64,000 nt of DNA, from positions 21,569-85,568 of the forward strand of contig BJGQ01000001.1 of NCBI GenBank assembly GCA_014190575.1. Reading direction: 5' to 3'. Shown here piece by piece: positions 44,465 through 54,378 of this stretch. Position numbers and translations under genes: made by a program. The stretch is from Bacteroidota bacterium (GTDB lineage: Bacteria > Bacteroidota > Bacteroidia > Chitinophagales > UBA10324). A model generated the notes under the pieces. It did not search any database. It was not told the origin of the DNA and saw only the letters and a list, made by a program, of their open reading frames with translations. Within the stretch, counting starts at the first letter, position 1; every line of letters starts with the position of its first letter.

Positions 44465-47400
44465 TCGCTGATTTTAACAAACCTGAATTGTTTAATGATT
44501 CCGTCTGCATTAACAATGCGGAACAGGTAAGCTGAGGCTGAAATTGATTTTATATCAATTGAAGTTTGATTATTTAATGAGGAAATGTTTTGCTCCAAAA
44601 CAATACGACCATTTAAATCAATAATCTGGCAAACTGCATTTGAATAATTAATGCTGTTATTATTTACGAGATACAAATTATCTTTTGCAGGATTCGGATA
44701 CAGCGAAAAATCTACTGCATGAGTTGTAACAGTTGGAGCTGAGTTAATGTTCTCAGCAAAGTAAGCCATAAAATAAATCTGGTTGGCTGCAAGGGTGTCA
44801 CTAAAAACAATGTTCATAGTATCAGATAACAAGCTGTTATTTCCCCAATGAAGAAAGTGATATCCGGGGTTTGGAATAGCTTCAATTTTTACAGGCAGCC
44901 CATCGAAATAAACACCCTCCCAGGGGTAAGTTTCAGGAGTAATGGTGCTGATGTGAATTTTTCCAGAACCAACTGGGAACACATTCAAAGTTAAATCAAC
45001 CTGCCGAGGTAAATCAAAACCATCTTCAATATTATCTCTAACTACATCCGTTCGTTGTGAAAGCTGGTCGCGAAATAATAAATGGTTATTATTAAAATCC
45101 GTCATTTGTGCCGGCACATTTCCATTCCCCCATCGCGCAAATTCATTCTGCATTTCAAATACAGTTTGATTATACATATCATTTTCAATTGCAAGCAGTC
45201 GGTCGGTTTTATAAGATGTATTCATTACATCAGCAAATCGATTAATGAAATAATCTCTGAACCGATTATTCTGAATTCCCTGAAGCCAGATATTTATATA
45301 TGGATTGTTAGGGTCTTGAGTTAACATGTAATTGATATGGTCATAATAACAATCAGTCCAGCTGTTACCGCCACCCATTGCCAGCTCCTGGTCAATTAAC
45401 GCAAAGCGCCATCTGAAATTTGTTTTATCAGAACGATATAGTTTAATGTTATTGCCGGGCCAGTCAACATTACCCATCCATGATTCACCAATTATATAAT
45501 CACTATAATAAGTCTGATCAATGTATTGGTCTGCCTGATCCCAATAACTATTAGAGGCCGGATTTAAATTGTTAAACGAATTGTAAGAAGACCAGAAGGA
45601 ATCTACTGAACCAACCAAGGAACGAAGCACTAATTGATACCAATAACTCATTGATAAAATATCCAAAGAATCTTTATCAGCATTGTCTTTATCCTTAAAA
45701 TATTCATCATCAAATTTTTCGCGCAACTCATATAAACCAAAGTAACCTCCATTGATATAAACTGAAATTGGTCGCCAGGCGGAATAATAATTATTCGTTT
45801 CTTCACTCATTAACCGAACCTGGCAGGCATCTTTATAAGGAAGTGTGAGATACTGATTACTACCATTTCGCAAGTAAAACTGACTGTACTTTGTTCTGTT
45901 CGGTCGGTTAGGTATTATGGCATAATTAACTGGCCCGGAACCAAGCACATCGTTGTCCAATTCTAATCGAAAAGAGTGTTGTGGATTGGAACGACTTCCA
46001 CCGGCTCCCCCATCAATTTGCATCCCGCTGTTTTGCGAAAACACAAGTTGTTGAGTAGAATCAAAATATTCAACATAAGCTGGCTTCTGCCAATCAGAAC
46101 CCCAATTATCAAAAATTCCAGAGCCTCCATAGAGATTTACATTATCAGTTACAACTGATAAAACCGGTGTAACATGGTTAAATCCAAAAAAGTAAGACGC
46201 TACAGTTACAGGACTTGGTAATACTCCATTTGTAAAAGCCCTTGCCCTTAACACCTGTGTGAATGAAATATTTATTGCACTCCCTGTATAAAGCGTTGAT
46301 GAAGTCGTTGGATCACTGCCATCAAGGGTATAACGAATAGTTGATGAACCGCCATTTGGATTTGTAATTACCACTCCAATTGATGCTCCATAAAATCCTG
46401 AAGGGAGTGAAAATGTGGGAGGCAGCAGGTATCCTGCATACGCAAATGATAAATTATTTGTAGCATTTGGAGTTGATGTTCCAAATAGGGCAACATTGGT
46501 TGATGCATCAGGAGAAGAACCAGTGCTATTATCGAGGTTAGCGCAATTGACTAACAAACTGTTTTGTAAAACCTGTGAAGGAGAATAGAGATAAACACTT
46601 TCTAATCCATTTCCATCAATTTTAAAATTTGTATGCAGATAATTATTAGGATTAACAGGTTCAAAAGCGGATGTAACAGAGTTTGTTGAAACCATTTTCA
46701 TATTAATATCAATATAATCATAGCTAACTGGGTCTGTACTAACTACATCAAAAGCAAGGGAGGAAATATTTCCTGCGGACAAACCTGCTGCAATAAGTTC
46801 TGATCCGAGTATAAGCATCTGGTGCCTTGAACTCCAATACCAGTTTCCATAAGGTGCAGGATAATCTGTTGGGGAATTATTTACGGTGCCTGTTCCAACA
46901 GTCATTCCATTTAATTTCATGTTTGGGCGTTGATTAACAGGTGTACCAAAGTTGGCCATGCATGATGCCGTACTGCCATCGTTATATGCAAGTGCAGTTG
47001 ATGGAAACGAAGTTGCACTTTGATTGAAAACAGAATTAGTGATGTATCCGGTTGAACTCCATGAACAAGTATTTACTAAAATATTCGAAACACCATCCCA
47101 GTAAAATGGCGTCGTAAAATTGTGTGTATTCCATCCTATAGAAGGAACGAAGGTTCCAGTATTAATCACATTCGTAAACCCTGAAATGGGTTTGCGATCT
47201 TTTCCGCTGCAAAAAACAACTTTGTATTCGCCGGCTAAAATATTTACATGCGGAAAAGTCCACATGGAAGGAATGGCATTGTTATCAGTTAATGAATAAT
47301 TATATAAATCAACTGTATCAGTTCCTGCATTATACAATTCAATCCAATCAGGATATTCTCCGTCTTCATCACTTATAGTAGAAAAGTTTCTGTTGCTCCC

Positions 47401-47484
47401 TTCATTGATGACAACCTGAGCATTCACGCTTAAATAAAAAATACTAATTAAGAGCGTACTGAAAATCAATTTAAATTTCGACAT
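44461..47484 (-). CDS. CotH-family (kinase-like) protein with N-terminal lamin-tail domain and T9SS type-A CTD
   Basis: Signal peptide. LTD-like 'VVINEGSNRNFSTISDEDGEYPDWIELYNAGTDTVDLYNYSLTD'. Fn3-associated-like 'TIRYTLDGSDPTTSSTLYTG'. The central region resembles CotH (recall). CTD 'FSLYPNPAKDNLYLV...FRFVKISD'. Confidence 0.7.
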   Translation of the reverse strand: MSKFKLIFSTLLISIFYLSVNAQVVINEGSNRNFSTISDEDGEYPDWIELYNAGTDTVDLYNYSLTDNNAIPSMWTFPHVNILAGEYKVVFCSGKDRKPISGFTNVINTGTFVPSIGWNTHNFTTPFYWDGVSNILVNTCSWSSTGYITNSVFNQSATSFPSTALAYNDGSTASCMANFGTPVNQRPNMKLNGMTVGTGTVNNSPTDYPAPYGNWYWSSRHQMLILGSELIAAGLSAGNISSLAFDVVSTDPVSYDYIDINMKMVSTNSVTSAFEPVNPNNYLHTNFKIDGNGLESVYLYSPSQVLQNSLLVNCANLDNSTGSSPDASTNVALFGTSTPNATNNLSFAYAGYLLPPTFSLPSGFYGASIGVVITNPNGGSSTIRYTLDGSDPTTSSTLYTGSAINISFTQVLRARAFTNGVLPSPVTVASYFFGFNHVTPVLSVVTDNVNLYGGSGIFDNWGSDWQKPAYVEYFDSTQQLVFSQNSGMQIDGGAGGSRSNPQHSFRLELDNDVLGSGPVNYAIIPNRPNRTKYSQFYLRNGSNQYLTLPYKDACQVRLMSEETNNYYSAWRPISVYINGGYFGLYELREKFDDEYFKDKDNADKDSLDILSMSYWYQLVLRSLVGSVDSFWSSYNSFNNLNPASNSYWDQADQYIDQTYYSDYIIGESWMGNVDWPGNNIKLYRSDKTNFRWRFALIDQELAMGGGNSWTDCYYDHINYMLTQDPNNPYINIWLQGIQNNRFRDYFINRFADVMNTSYKTDRLLAIENDMYNQTVFEMQNEFARWGNGNVPAQMTDFNNNHLLFRDQLSQRTDVVRDNIEDGFDLPRQVDLTLNVFPVGSGKIHISTITPETYPWEGVYFDGLPVKIEAIPNPGYHFLHWGNNSLLSDTMNIVFSDTLAANQIYFMAYFAENINSAPTVTTHAVDFSLYPNPAKDNLYLVNNNSINYSNAVCQIIDLNGRIVLEQNISSLNNQTSIDIKSISASAYLFRIVNADGIIKQFRFVKISD

Positions 47485-47745
47485 GTTAATTGTTGCGTTT
47501 GTGAAAATTTCATTTTACAATCGGTTCAAAAATATACTTTAATAGCTCAAATAGTTATTCCTCAAATGTTTTGAATCAACAAATAAAAAATTGAGTGTGA
47601 TAATCAATATTTGTTCTAGAAAAAGAAATATCCAATTCCTTCAAATTGGGATACTGCTGTATAAAAAAGCGATTTTTTCTAAGTTACAAATATGAAGGAA
47701 GAAATCATATGGTGCATTTTATTCCCTTTCAACTATTTTTTTTGA

Positions 47746-48825
47746 TCATGTTTTACTTGATTTATTTCTCAAATAAAAATCTGCCAAAACAAGTGCAGTC
47801 ATAGCTTCCACAATGGGAACTGCACGAGGCAGCACACATGGATCATGACGACCTTTTGCTTCCAGTAAAACTTCTTCTCCTTCAGAGTTGATAGTTGATT
47901 GTTCTTTACTGATTGTTGCTGTTGGTTTGAAAGCGGCACTGAAATAAATATCCATTCCATTACTAATACCCCCTTGAATTCCGCCCGAGAAATTTGATTT
48001 GGTATAAGGGATACCGAGTTTCATTTCAAAGGCATCGTTGTGTTCCGAACCCTTCATTGCTGAACCTGCAAACCCACTTCCGTATTCAAAACCATGAACA
48101 GCATTGATACTGAAAATAGCTTTTGCCAAATCAGCCTGCAATTTATCAAACACAGGTTCGCCCAAGCCAACAGGAACATTTTTAATTACGCAATGAATAA
48201 TTCCTCCGAGCGAATCGCCTTCCGCTTTTGTTTTTAAAATTTCTTCCTGCATTTGTTGCGCAACAATTTCATCCGGACACCGAACCAATGTTGAGTCAAC
48301 ACTATTCAAATCAATTTCAGAATATTTTTTATTCAGTTTTATTTTTCCAACCTGTTGCACATAAGCAGTAATGTGCATTCCTGTTTGCTTCAATAGCAAT
48401 TGTGCAATGGCTCCTGCTGCAACTGATGCGGCTGTTACTCTTGCTGATGATCTTCCTCCACCCCGATAATCGCGAATGCCGTACTTCGTTTCATAAGTAT
48501 AATCAGCATGTGATGGACGAAAAATATTTTTCATCGCTTCATACTCCTGTGGCTTTGCATCCGTGTTATTGATGAGCAAACAAATCGGAGTGCCCAAAGT
48601 TTTCCCTTCGAATACTCCGGAAAGAATGTGAATGGTATCGCTTTCATTTCTCTGCGTTGTGATTACAGATTGTCCCGGCTTTCTTCTGTCCAATTGATGC
48701 TGAATAAAACTTTCGTCAATTTCTAATCCTGCAGGGCATCCATCAATCACTGCTCCTACAGCCAATCCATGCGATTCACCGAAAGTAGTCACTTTAAATA
48801 TTTCTCCAATGCTGTTTCCTGCCAT
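47746..48825 (-). CDS. aroC: Chorismate synthase
   Basis: '[21 protein letters not shown]', 'RPGHADYTY'-like '[14 protein letters not shown]', 'GRHDPCV'. 359 aa. Confidence 0.92.
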   Translation of the reverse strand: MAGNSIGEIFKVTTFGESHGLAVGAVIDGCPAGLEIDESFIQHQLDRRKPGQSVITTQRNESDTIHILSGVFEGKTLGTPICLLINNTDAKPQEYEAMKNIFRPSHADYTYETKYGIRDYRGGGRSSARVTAASVAAGAIAQLLLKQTGMHITAYVQQVGKIKLNKKYSEIDLNSVDSTLVRCPDEIVAQQMQEEILKTKAEGDSLGGIIHCVIKNVPVGLGEPVFDKLQADLAKAIFSINAVHGFEYGSGFAGSAMKGSEHNDAFEMKLGIPYTKSNFSGGIQGGISNGMDIYFSAAFKPTATISKEQSTINSEGEEVLLEAKGRHDPCVLPRAVPIVEAMTALVLADFYLRNKSSKT

Positions 48826-48846
48826 CTGAATCTTTTCTTCTTTGAT

Positions 48847-48879
48847 CTCCCTCTCCTTCGGAGAGGGTTGGGGTGAGGT
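48847..48879. repeat. GC-rich palindromic element in the aroC/hutI divergent intergenic region
   Basis: CCCTCTCC (48849-48856), TTC, GGAGAGGG (48860-48867), followed by TTGGGGTGAGG. It is far more GC-rich than its surroundings. Confidence 0.45.
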
Positions 48880-48920
48880 TTAATTTTCTTTCTTTGCAAA
48901 ACTAAAACGGAATTCAAAAG

Positions 48921-50159
48921 ATGAGTTTATTAATTAAAAATATAAAAGCGCTTGCCGGAATTCATCCGAAAGAAAAATCATTATTGAAGGGAAATGAATT
49001 GAATAATCTTCCTGTAATTGAAAATGCATTTCTGTTAACTGACGGAGATCAAATAAAATCATTTGGAAAGACGGAAGAAATTTCTTCTCAGAATATTTCA
49101 TCTACAACAAAAGAAATAGATGCAAAAGGAAAATTTGTTTTACCTGCATTCTGTGATTCACATACCCACTTGGTTTTTGCTGTAACAAGAGAATCAGAAT
49201 TCGTTGATAAAATTTCAGGGCGCACTTACGAACAAATAGCAGCGAAAGGCGGAGGTATTTTAAACTCAGCAAAAAAATTGTCGGTTACATCTGAAGAAGA
49301 ATTAGTTGATAGTGCATTGATACGATTGCAGGAAATCCAATCACAGGGAACAGGAGCAGTGGAAATAAAAACTGGTTATGGTTTATCTGTTGAAGCAGAA
49401 TTAAAAATGTTGCGAGTAATACAAAAACTGAAAACACTTTCACCACTCACAATCAAAAGCACATTTTTAGGTGCGCATGCTGTTCCTGTTGAATACAAAA
49501 ACAATCGCAATGAATACATCAGAATAATCATTGAAGAAATGATGCCTCGAATTGCTGATGAAGGATTAGCTGATTACTGCGATGTGTTTTGTGAAAATGG
49601 TTTTTACACTCCTGATGAAACTGATAAAATTTTACAAGCCGGATGGAAGTACAATCTCAAACCAAAAATTCACGCAAATCAATTAGCAATTTCCGGTGGT
49701 GTACAGGCAGGAGTTCGCAACAATGCAATCAGCGTTGATCATTTAGAAAATATTGGCGACGAAGAAATTTCTGTTTTAAAAAATTCCAACACCATTGCTA
49801 CCATGCTTCCGTCAGCAGCTTTCTTTTTGCGATTGCCATATCCTCCCGCCAGAAAAATGATTGACGAAAATTTAACTCTTGCACTTGCTACAGATTTTAA
49901 TCCCGGCTCCTCTCCTTCCGGACGAATGAGTTTTGTTATTTCACTTGCATGCATTCAAATGCGAATGACTCCCGAAGAAGCAATAAATGCAGCAACATTA
50001 AACGGCGCCGCGGCAATGGAACTCTCCAATAGTTTTGGATCTATCGCTATCGGTAAAAAAGCAAACCTGATTATCACCAAGGAAATTTCATCGCTCGCAA
50101 ACATTCCTTATTTCTTCGGAAGAGATTGTATTGATCAGGTGATTGTGAATGGGGAGTAA
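48921..50159 (+). CDS. hutI: Imidazolonepropionase
   Basis: Amidohydrolase metal site 'FCDSHTHLVFA', 'KIHANQL', 'VDHLE' and 'LATDFNPGSSP' are typical of HutI. 412 aa. Confidence 0.88.
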   Translation: MSLLIKNIKALAGIHPKEKSLLKGNELNNLPVIENAFLLTDGDQIKSFGKTEEISSQNISSTTKEIDAKGKFVLPAFCDSHTHLVFAVTRESEFVDKISGRTYEQIAAKGGGILNSAKKLSVTSEEELVDSALIRLQEIQSQGTGAVEIKTGYGLSVEAELKMLRVIQKLKTLSPLTIKSTFLGAHAVPVEYKNNRNEYIRIIIEEMMPRIADEGLADYCDVFCENGFYTPDETDKILQAGWKYNLKPKIHANQLAISGGVQAGVRNNAISVDHLENIGDEEISVLKNSNTIATMLPSAAFFLRLPYPPARKMIDENLTLALATDFNPGSSPSGRMSFVISLACIQMRMTPEEAINAATLNGAAAMELSNSFGSIAIGKKANLIITKEISSLANIPYFFGRDCIDQVIVNGE

Positions 50160-50210
50160 TTGATAATGGATAATGGACAATTGGTAATGGAATGGAGGTA
50201 TTAAAAAATT

Positions 50211-50245
50211 AAAAGCGCTCCGAAATCGAAGCGCTTTTAATTTTT
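50211..50245. terminator. Terminator between convergent hutI and the membrane-protein gene
   Basis: AAAAGCGCT (50211-50219) pairs with AGCGCTTTT (50230-50238), followed by TAATTTTT. A-rich on the other side. Confidence 0.7.
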
Positions 50246-50291
50246 ATAGTAGCAATTCAGCATACTGCAACTGCTTTCTGCCTACTGGCAT

Positions 50292-51107
50292 TTACTCTTC
50301 TAAATCAGTAGAATTAGTTCCGACAATGGAATCATACGCTGCATACAGGGCACAAAAAGTAAGTGGAATTGTATAAAGTAATCCCACACCCAAGCATATT
50401 AATCCTAAAATATTAATGAGAAATAGTACAATGAAGAAAAGAAAGAATGAAACAAAATTTTTCCAGATGATTTTAAAACTTAAAGTGATGGCTTCAATAG
50501 CCCCCTTCTTTCCGAAAACAAGGATGTATTGACTGAATGAAAATCCAATCTGAACAATCAGCATAATAAAAAACAATGGAATAAGTTTAGCAATGAAACT
50601 TAAAAAAAACTGAAGAATCATCATCGGATCTTCATCGCCATTTCTGTAATTAGATACTAAGTCCATAATTTCTTTTATCTGCGTTCCCAATGCAATCAAA
50701 ATATAAGGAATAGCGATGGCAGCATAAATTATTATCAGCAATAAATTCAGCAAAGCAAGTTGACCAATGAATTTGAAGCCACCGAAAAATCGTCCAAAAT
50801 CGGTGCTTTTATTTTTTGAAATTTGAAAAGACATAATAAAAAATCCTGCATACAAAGCAGGCGCTATAAAAAACGAATTTGCTATGGAGCCAATAACAGG
50901 AACGAAATTGCAGGCAATACTGATTCCTAAAACTACAAAGATGAAACCTATATATCCTCCAAGGTTTCTGCTTAGGATTTTTGAACCGATAGAAAGAAAC
51001 TTTCCGAGATCAAAATTGTAACCGTTACTTAACAGATTGTTTACCCGTTCATCGAAACTGATTTCGGCTGATTGAGAAATATTTTCGTCTAAGATTTGAT
51101 TTTCCAT
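50292..51107 (-). CDS. Hypothetical polytopic membrane protein
   Basis: About five to six long hydrophobic helices after a polar N-terminus. No catalytic motifs recognised. Confidence 0.55.
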   Translation of the reverse strand: MENQILDENISQSAEISFDERVNNLLSNGYNFDLGKFLSIGSKILSRNLGGYIGFIFVVLGISIACNFVPVIGSIANSFFIAPALYAGFFIMSFQISKNKSTDFGRFFGGFKFIGQLALLNLLLIIIYAAIAIPYILIALGTQIKEIMDLVSNYRNGDEDPMMILQFFLSFIAKLIPLFFIMLIVQIGFSFSQYILVFGKKGAIEAITLSFKIIWKNFVSFFLFFIVLFLINILGLICLGVGLLYTIPLTFCALYAAYDSIVGTNSTDLEE

Positions 51108-51208
51108 AATTTTTAATTTGGATTATTGATTGGGATTGAAGGTAAATAAATATTTTACTTTCAAAATAAATTTTAACAAAATGTAATCGCAAAAAAAGAA
51201 GATAGCGC

Positions 51209-51243
51209 TAAAAAAGATGCCATCGCTTGAAGCGATGGCATCT
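51209..51243 (-). terminator. Rho-independent terminator of rnr
   Basis: AGATGCCATCGC pairs with GCGATGGCATCT in a 12-bp stem (51215-51243). The A6 run at 51210-51215 gives a U-tract on the minus strand. Confidence 0.75.
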
Positions 51244-51262
51244 TTATATGCAGGTCTGAAGT

Positions 51263-53449
51263 TTAATAAATATCATCCGTTAAAACCATCAAATCAATTT
51301 GTTTTTTTTCCATGTTTGTTTTTAATAATCGCACACGAACTTTTTCGCCCAACCTGAATTTGATTCCATATTTTTTTCCAATCAATTGATGATGTTTCTC
51401 ATCATAAGAATAAAAATCACCCTTTATACTGTTAATCTTTATTAAACCTTCGCACTTGGTTTCAATTATCTCAGCAAAAAATCCGAAATTAGTAACACCG
51501 GTAACGAGCGCATCAAAATCTTTTCCCACTCTTGTTTCCATAAACTCCACCTGCTTGTATTTTACCGATGCACGCTCAGCTTCTGAAGCATTTCGCTCCA
51601 TTGCCGAACTGTGCTTGCATTTATCCTCCAATAATTTATCCTCCTGATAATTTCCATCAAGCACTTGCGCAAGTATGCGATGACTCATCACATCGGGATA
51701 CCTGCGAATGGGTGAAGTAAAATGTGTGTAATGCGGAAATGCTAAACCATAGTGCCCAATATTTTCTGATGAATAAATTGCTTTCGCCATTGTGCGGATT
51801 CCCAAACTCTCTAACATATATTGTTCGGGCTTGCCTTTTATTTCCTCCAGTAATTTGTTAAATGCTTTTGCAATGTGACTCGGTGTACTGAGATTCATTT
51901 TGTGCCCGAATGCCAATGCAGTTTCGCCAAATGCTTTTATCTTTTCATCGTTCGGAATATCATGAATGCGGTAAACAAACTTTACCGGTTTGCCACTTAT
52001 TTTTTTCTTGCTCACGAACTCAGCCACTTTCTTATTGGCGAGCAACATAAAATCTTCCACCAATAAGTGCGTGTCTTTCCGTTCCTTAATAATTATTCCG
52101 ATAGGTTTTTTATCTGCATCCAATTGAAATTTAATTTCAGTTGAATCAAAATTGATGCTTCCGTTTTTAAACCTTTTATCACGCAACTTGTATGCAAGCG
52201 AATTCAATGTTTTCAATTCATGACTGAAAATATCCAACTCACCATCCAAAACTTTTTGTGCTTCTTCGTAAGTAAATCGTTTATCGGAATGTATAACTGT
52301 TCGTCCGTACCACTCATTTACAATCTCTGCTCCTTCTGTCATTTCAAATACTGCCGAGAAACTCAGCTTATCTTCATTGGGCCGAAGTGAACACAACTCG
52401 TTTGATAACCGTTCCGGATACATTGTAACAGTTCTATCAACAAGGTAAACCGATGTTGCTCTTGCATACGCTTCCTTATCCATCTCGGTTCCCGGAATTG
52501 CATAATGCGATACATCGGCAATGTGCACACCTACTTCATAATTTCCATTGGGCAATTTCTGAAACGAAAGTGCATCATCAAAATCTTTTGCATCTTCAGG
52601 GTCAATGGTTACAGTAGTAATTTTTCTGAAATCACGGCGCTTTGCAATTTCTTCTTCACTTATTTTATCGGGCAACAATGCAGCTTCGGCTAATACTTCC
52701 TTTGTAAAATTTAATTTAAAATCATACTCCAGTAATATCGAATGCATTTCCACATCATTGGTTCCTGCAGGGCCAAGTACGAGTGAAACATTTCCTGTCG
52801 GGTGCTTTGCGCCTGTCACCCATTCGGTCATTCGCACAAGCACCTTATCTTTGGGTTTCGCGCCTTCTAATTTATCGGCAGGAATTAAAAATGTAACCGG
52901 AAACTGCGGCAGGTCCGGAACCATTAAATATTTTCCTTCATCAAAATGAATAGTGCCCGCATAATTTTCCTGCGCACGCTTTACCACTTCAATAACTTTT
53001 CCTTCCAGTCGCGATTTTCTTTTTATCGGAAACAGTCGCACTTTAACTATATCGCCTTCAAAAGCTTTTCCGGTATTTCGAAAATCAACGGCTATGTCCT
53101 TCTTGCTTTCGGGAGTGATAACCCATGCATTTCTGCTCTGTGTAAATTCAATCACGCCTTCAAATACATTTCCCGATTGCGGAGCGGTTGCATTTTCGCC
53201 ATCTGCACTGTCAGTTTCTTTCTTTTTTTCTTTCGAAAGAAAAATCACTGTGCCTCTTTTGCTCAATCGGTTTTCGCTTACTAAAATAGTAACTGCTGCA
53301 TGCAGTTGTTCGGCGGTGTAATTGTGTTTTAATTTTTTCTTGATTTGCTTGAACGATAATTTCGGTTCAACCGACTTCATAAAAACTTTAATCACTTCTT
53401 CCATTATAGCGGAAGGAACTTTTACTTCTTCTTTATTATTTTCTGACAT
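51263..53449 (-). CDS. rnr: Ribonuclease R
   Basis: Cold-shock/OB N-terminal region, RNB motif 'DPEDAKDFDDALS', 'HFTSPIRRYPD', and a C-terminal S1 domain ('FDALVTGVTNFGFFAEI'). 728 aa. Confidence 0.9.
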   Translation of the reverse strand: MSENNKEEVKVPSAIMEEVIKVFMKSVEPKLSFKQIKKKLKHNYTAEQLHAAVTILVSENRLSKRGTVIFLSKEKKKETDSADGENATAPQSGNVFEGVIEFTQSRNAWVITPESKKDIAVDFRNTGKAFEGDIVKVRLFPIKRKSRLEGKVIEVVKRAQENYAGTIHFDEGKYLMVPDLPQFPVTFLIPADKLEGAKPKDKVLVRMTEWVTGAKHPTGNVSLVLGPAGTNDVEMHSILLEYDFKLNFTKEVLAEAALLPDKISEEEIAKRRDFRKITTVTIDPEDAKDFDDALSFQKLPNGNYEVGVHIADVSHYAIPGTEMDKEAYARATSVYLVDRTVTMYPERLSNELCSLRPNEDKLSFSAVFEMTEGAEIVNEWYGRTVIHSDKRFTYEEAQKVLDGELDIFSHELKTLNSLAYKLRDKRFKNGSINFDSTEIKFQLDADKKPIGIIIKERKDTHLLVEDFMLLANKKVAEFVSKKKISGKPVKFVYRIHDIPNDEKIKAFGETALAFGHKMNLSTPSHIAKAFNKLLEEIKGKPEQYMLESLGIRTMAKAIYSSENIGHYGLAFPHYTHFTSPIRRYPDVMSHRILAQVLDGNYQEDKLLEDKCKHSSAMERNASEAERASVKYKQVEFMETRVGKDFDALVTGVTNFGFFAEIIETKCEGLIKINSIKGDFYSYDEKHHQLIGKKYGIKFRLGEKVRVRLLKTNMEKKQIDLMVLTDDIY

Positions 53450-53522
53450 AATTATTTCACAAAGGTAGAATAATCAATTGAGAGTTGATTTTGCCTCGCA
53501 AAATATTGACAATTTTTTAATG

Positions 53523-54287
53523 TTATTTATGTTTCCTCCGCAACCTGATATTTATGAGCTCAACACTTAATGAGAATAATACTGCAACATAAATAAATGC
53601 CTTGTTGATATGGATATCCAACCCTTCCATTATCAATGTAAATCCAATAAGAATTAAAAATGCAAGAGCAAGCATTTGTAGGGTAGGATGTTTATTTATT
53701 ACATTGCTAATAACCCCACTGAACTGCATCATGATTAAGATTGAAATGATTACTGCAATTATCATAATCAAAATTAATTGAGTTAAACCAACCGCAGTTA
53801 AAATAGAATCGAATGAAAAAACCATATCCACCAAAATGATTTGCATAATCACTGGCCAAAAAGCACTTTTTGCCTTAACTTCTTTTTCGTTGTGTATTCC
53901 TTCTACCTTACCATGAATTTCAGAAGTTGATTTAGCCAACAGAAAAAATCCTCCAAGAATCAGTATTAAATCTTTTCCGCTTACACCCGCACCATCAGCA
54001 GCATGTTCAGCTCCCAACTGTTGCAGTAATGATTCAATGGGGAGTGTAAACAAGGGAGCAGTTAACCCAATAATTAATGATAAAAACAACAACAAAATTA
54101 TGCGAATAACAAGTGCAAGTGCCAATCCAACTAATCTTGCTTTCCGTTGTTTTTCAACCGGCAGCTTGCTTGCAACAATTGAAATGAAAATAATATTATC
54201 GACACCTAAAACAATTTCAAGAAAAGTTAGTGTCAGTAAACTGACCCAGGTACTTGCTTCGGAAAAAATATGGTAATCAAAATTCAT
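53523..54287 (-). CDS. TerC-family integral membrane protein
   Basis: 'LEIVLGVDNIIFISI' and the second-half repeat 'ILVDMVFSFDSILTAVG' are typical of the TerC duplication. 254 aa. Confidence 0.85.
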   Translation of the reverse strand: MNFDYHIFSEASTWVSLLTLTFLEIVLGVDNIIFISIVASKLPVEKQRKARLVGLALALVIRIILLLFLSLIIGLTAPLFTLPIESLLQQLGAEHAADGAGVSGKDLILILGGFFLLAKSTSEIHGKVEGIHNEKEVKAKSAFWPVIMQIILVDMVFSFDSILTAVGLTQLILIMIIAVIISILIMMQFSGVISNVINKHPTLQMLALAFLILIGFTLIMEGLDIHINKAFIYVAVLFSLSVELINIRLRRKHK

Positions 54288-54315
54288 GGCGCGAAAATAA
54301 AAGATTGAAGTTGGT

Positions 54316-54354
54316 AAAAAACAAAAGCCATCTCAAATTATTGAGATGGCTTTT
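54316..54354 (-). terminator. Rho-independent terminator of the M4 peptidase gene
   Basis: AAAAGCCATCTCAA (54323-54336) pairs with TTGAGATGGCTTTT (54341-54354), loop ATTA. A-rich upstream on plus gives a U-tract on minus. Confidence 0.75.
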
Positions 54355-54378
54355 GAATTAATTGAATTTACTATTTTA

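Noticed and set aside
50160-50200. A short run of TAATGG-like units (GATAATGGATAATGGACAATTGGTAATGGAATGGAGG) right after the hutI stop.
   Set aside because: It is imperfect and very short, and it sits just upstream of a good terminator. It is most simply low-complexity 3' UTR sequence and is not array-like.
51456-53321. Multiple 60-115-aa plus-strand ORFs antisense to rnr, with similar antisense ORFs opposite etfA/etfB, the M1-barrel gene, the M4 gene and the SDR genes.
   Set aside because: All are nested in strongly supported genes on the opposite strand, have skewed composition (F/I/S/L-rich) and lack any motif. They are typical shadow ORFs in AT-rich DNA.
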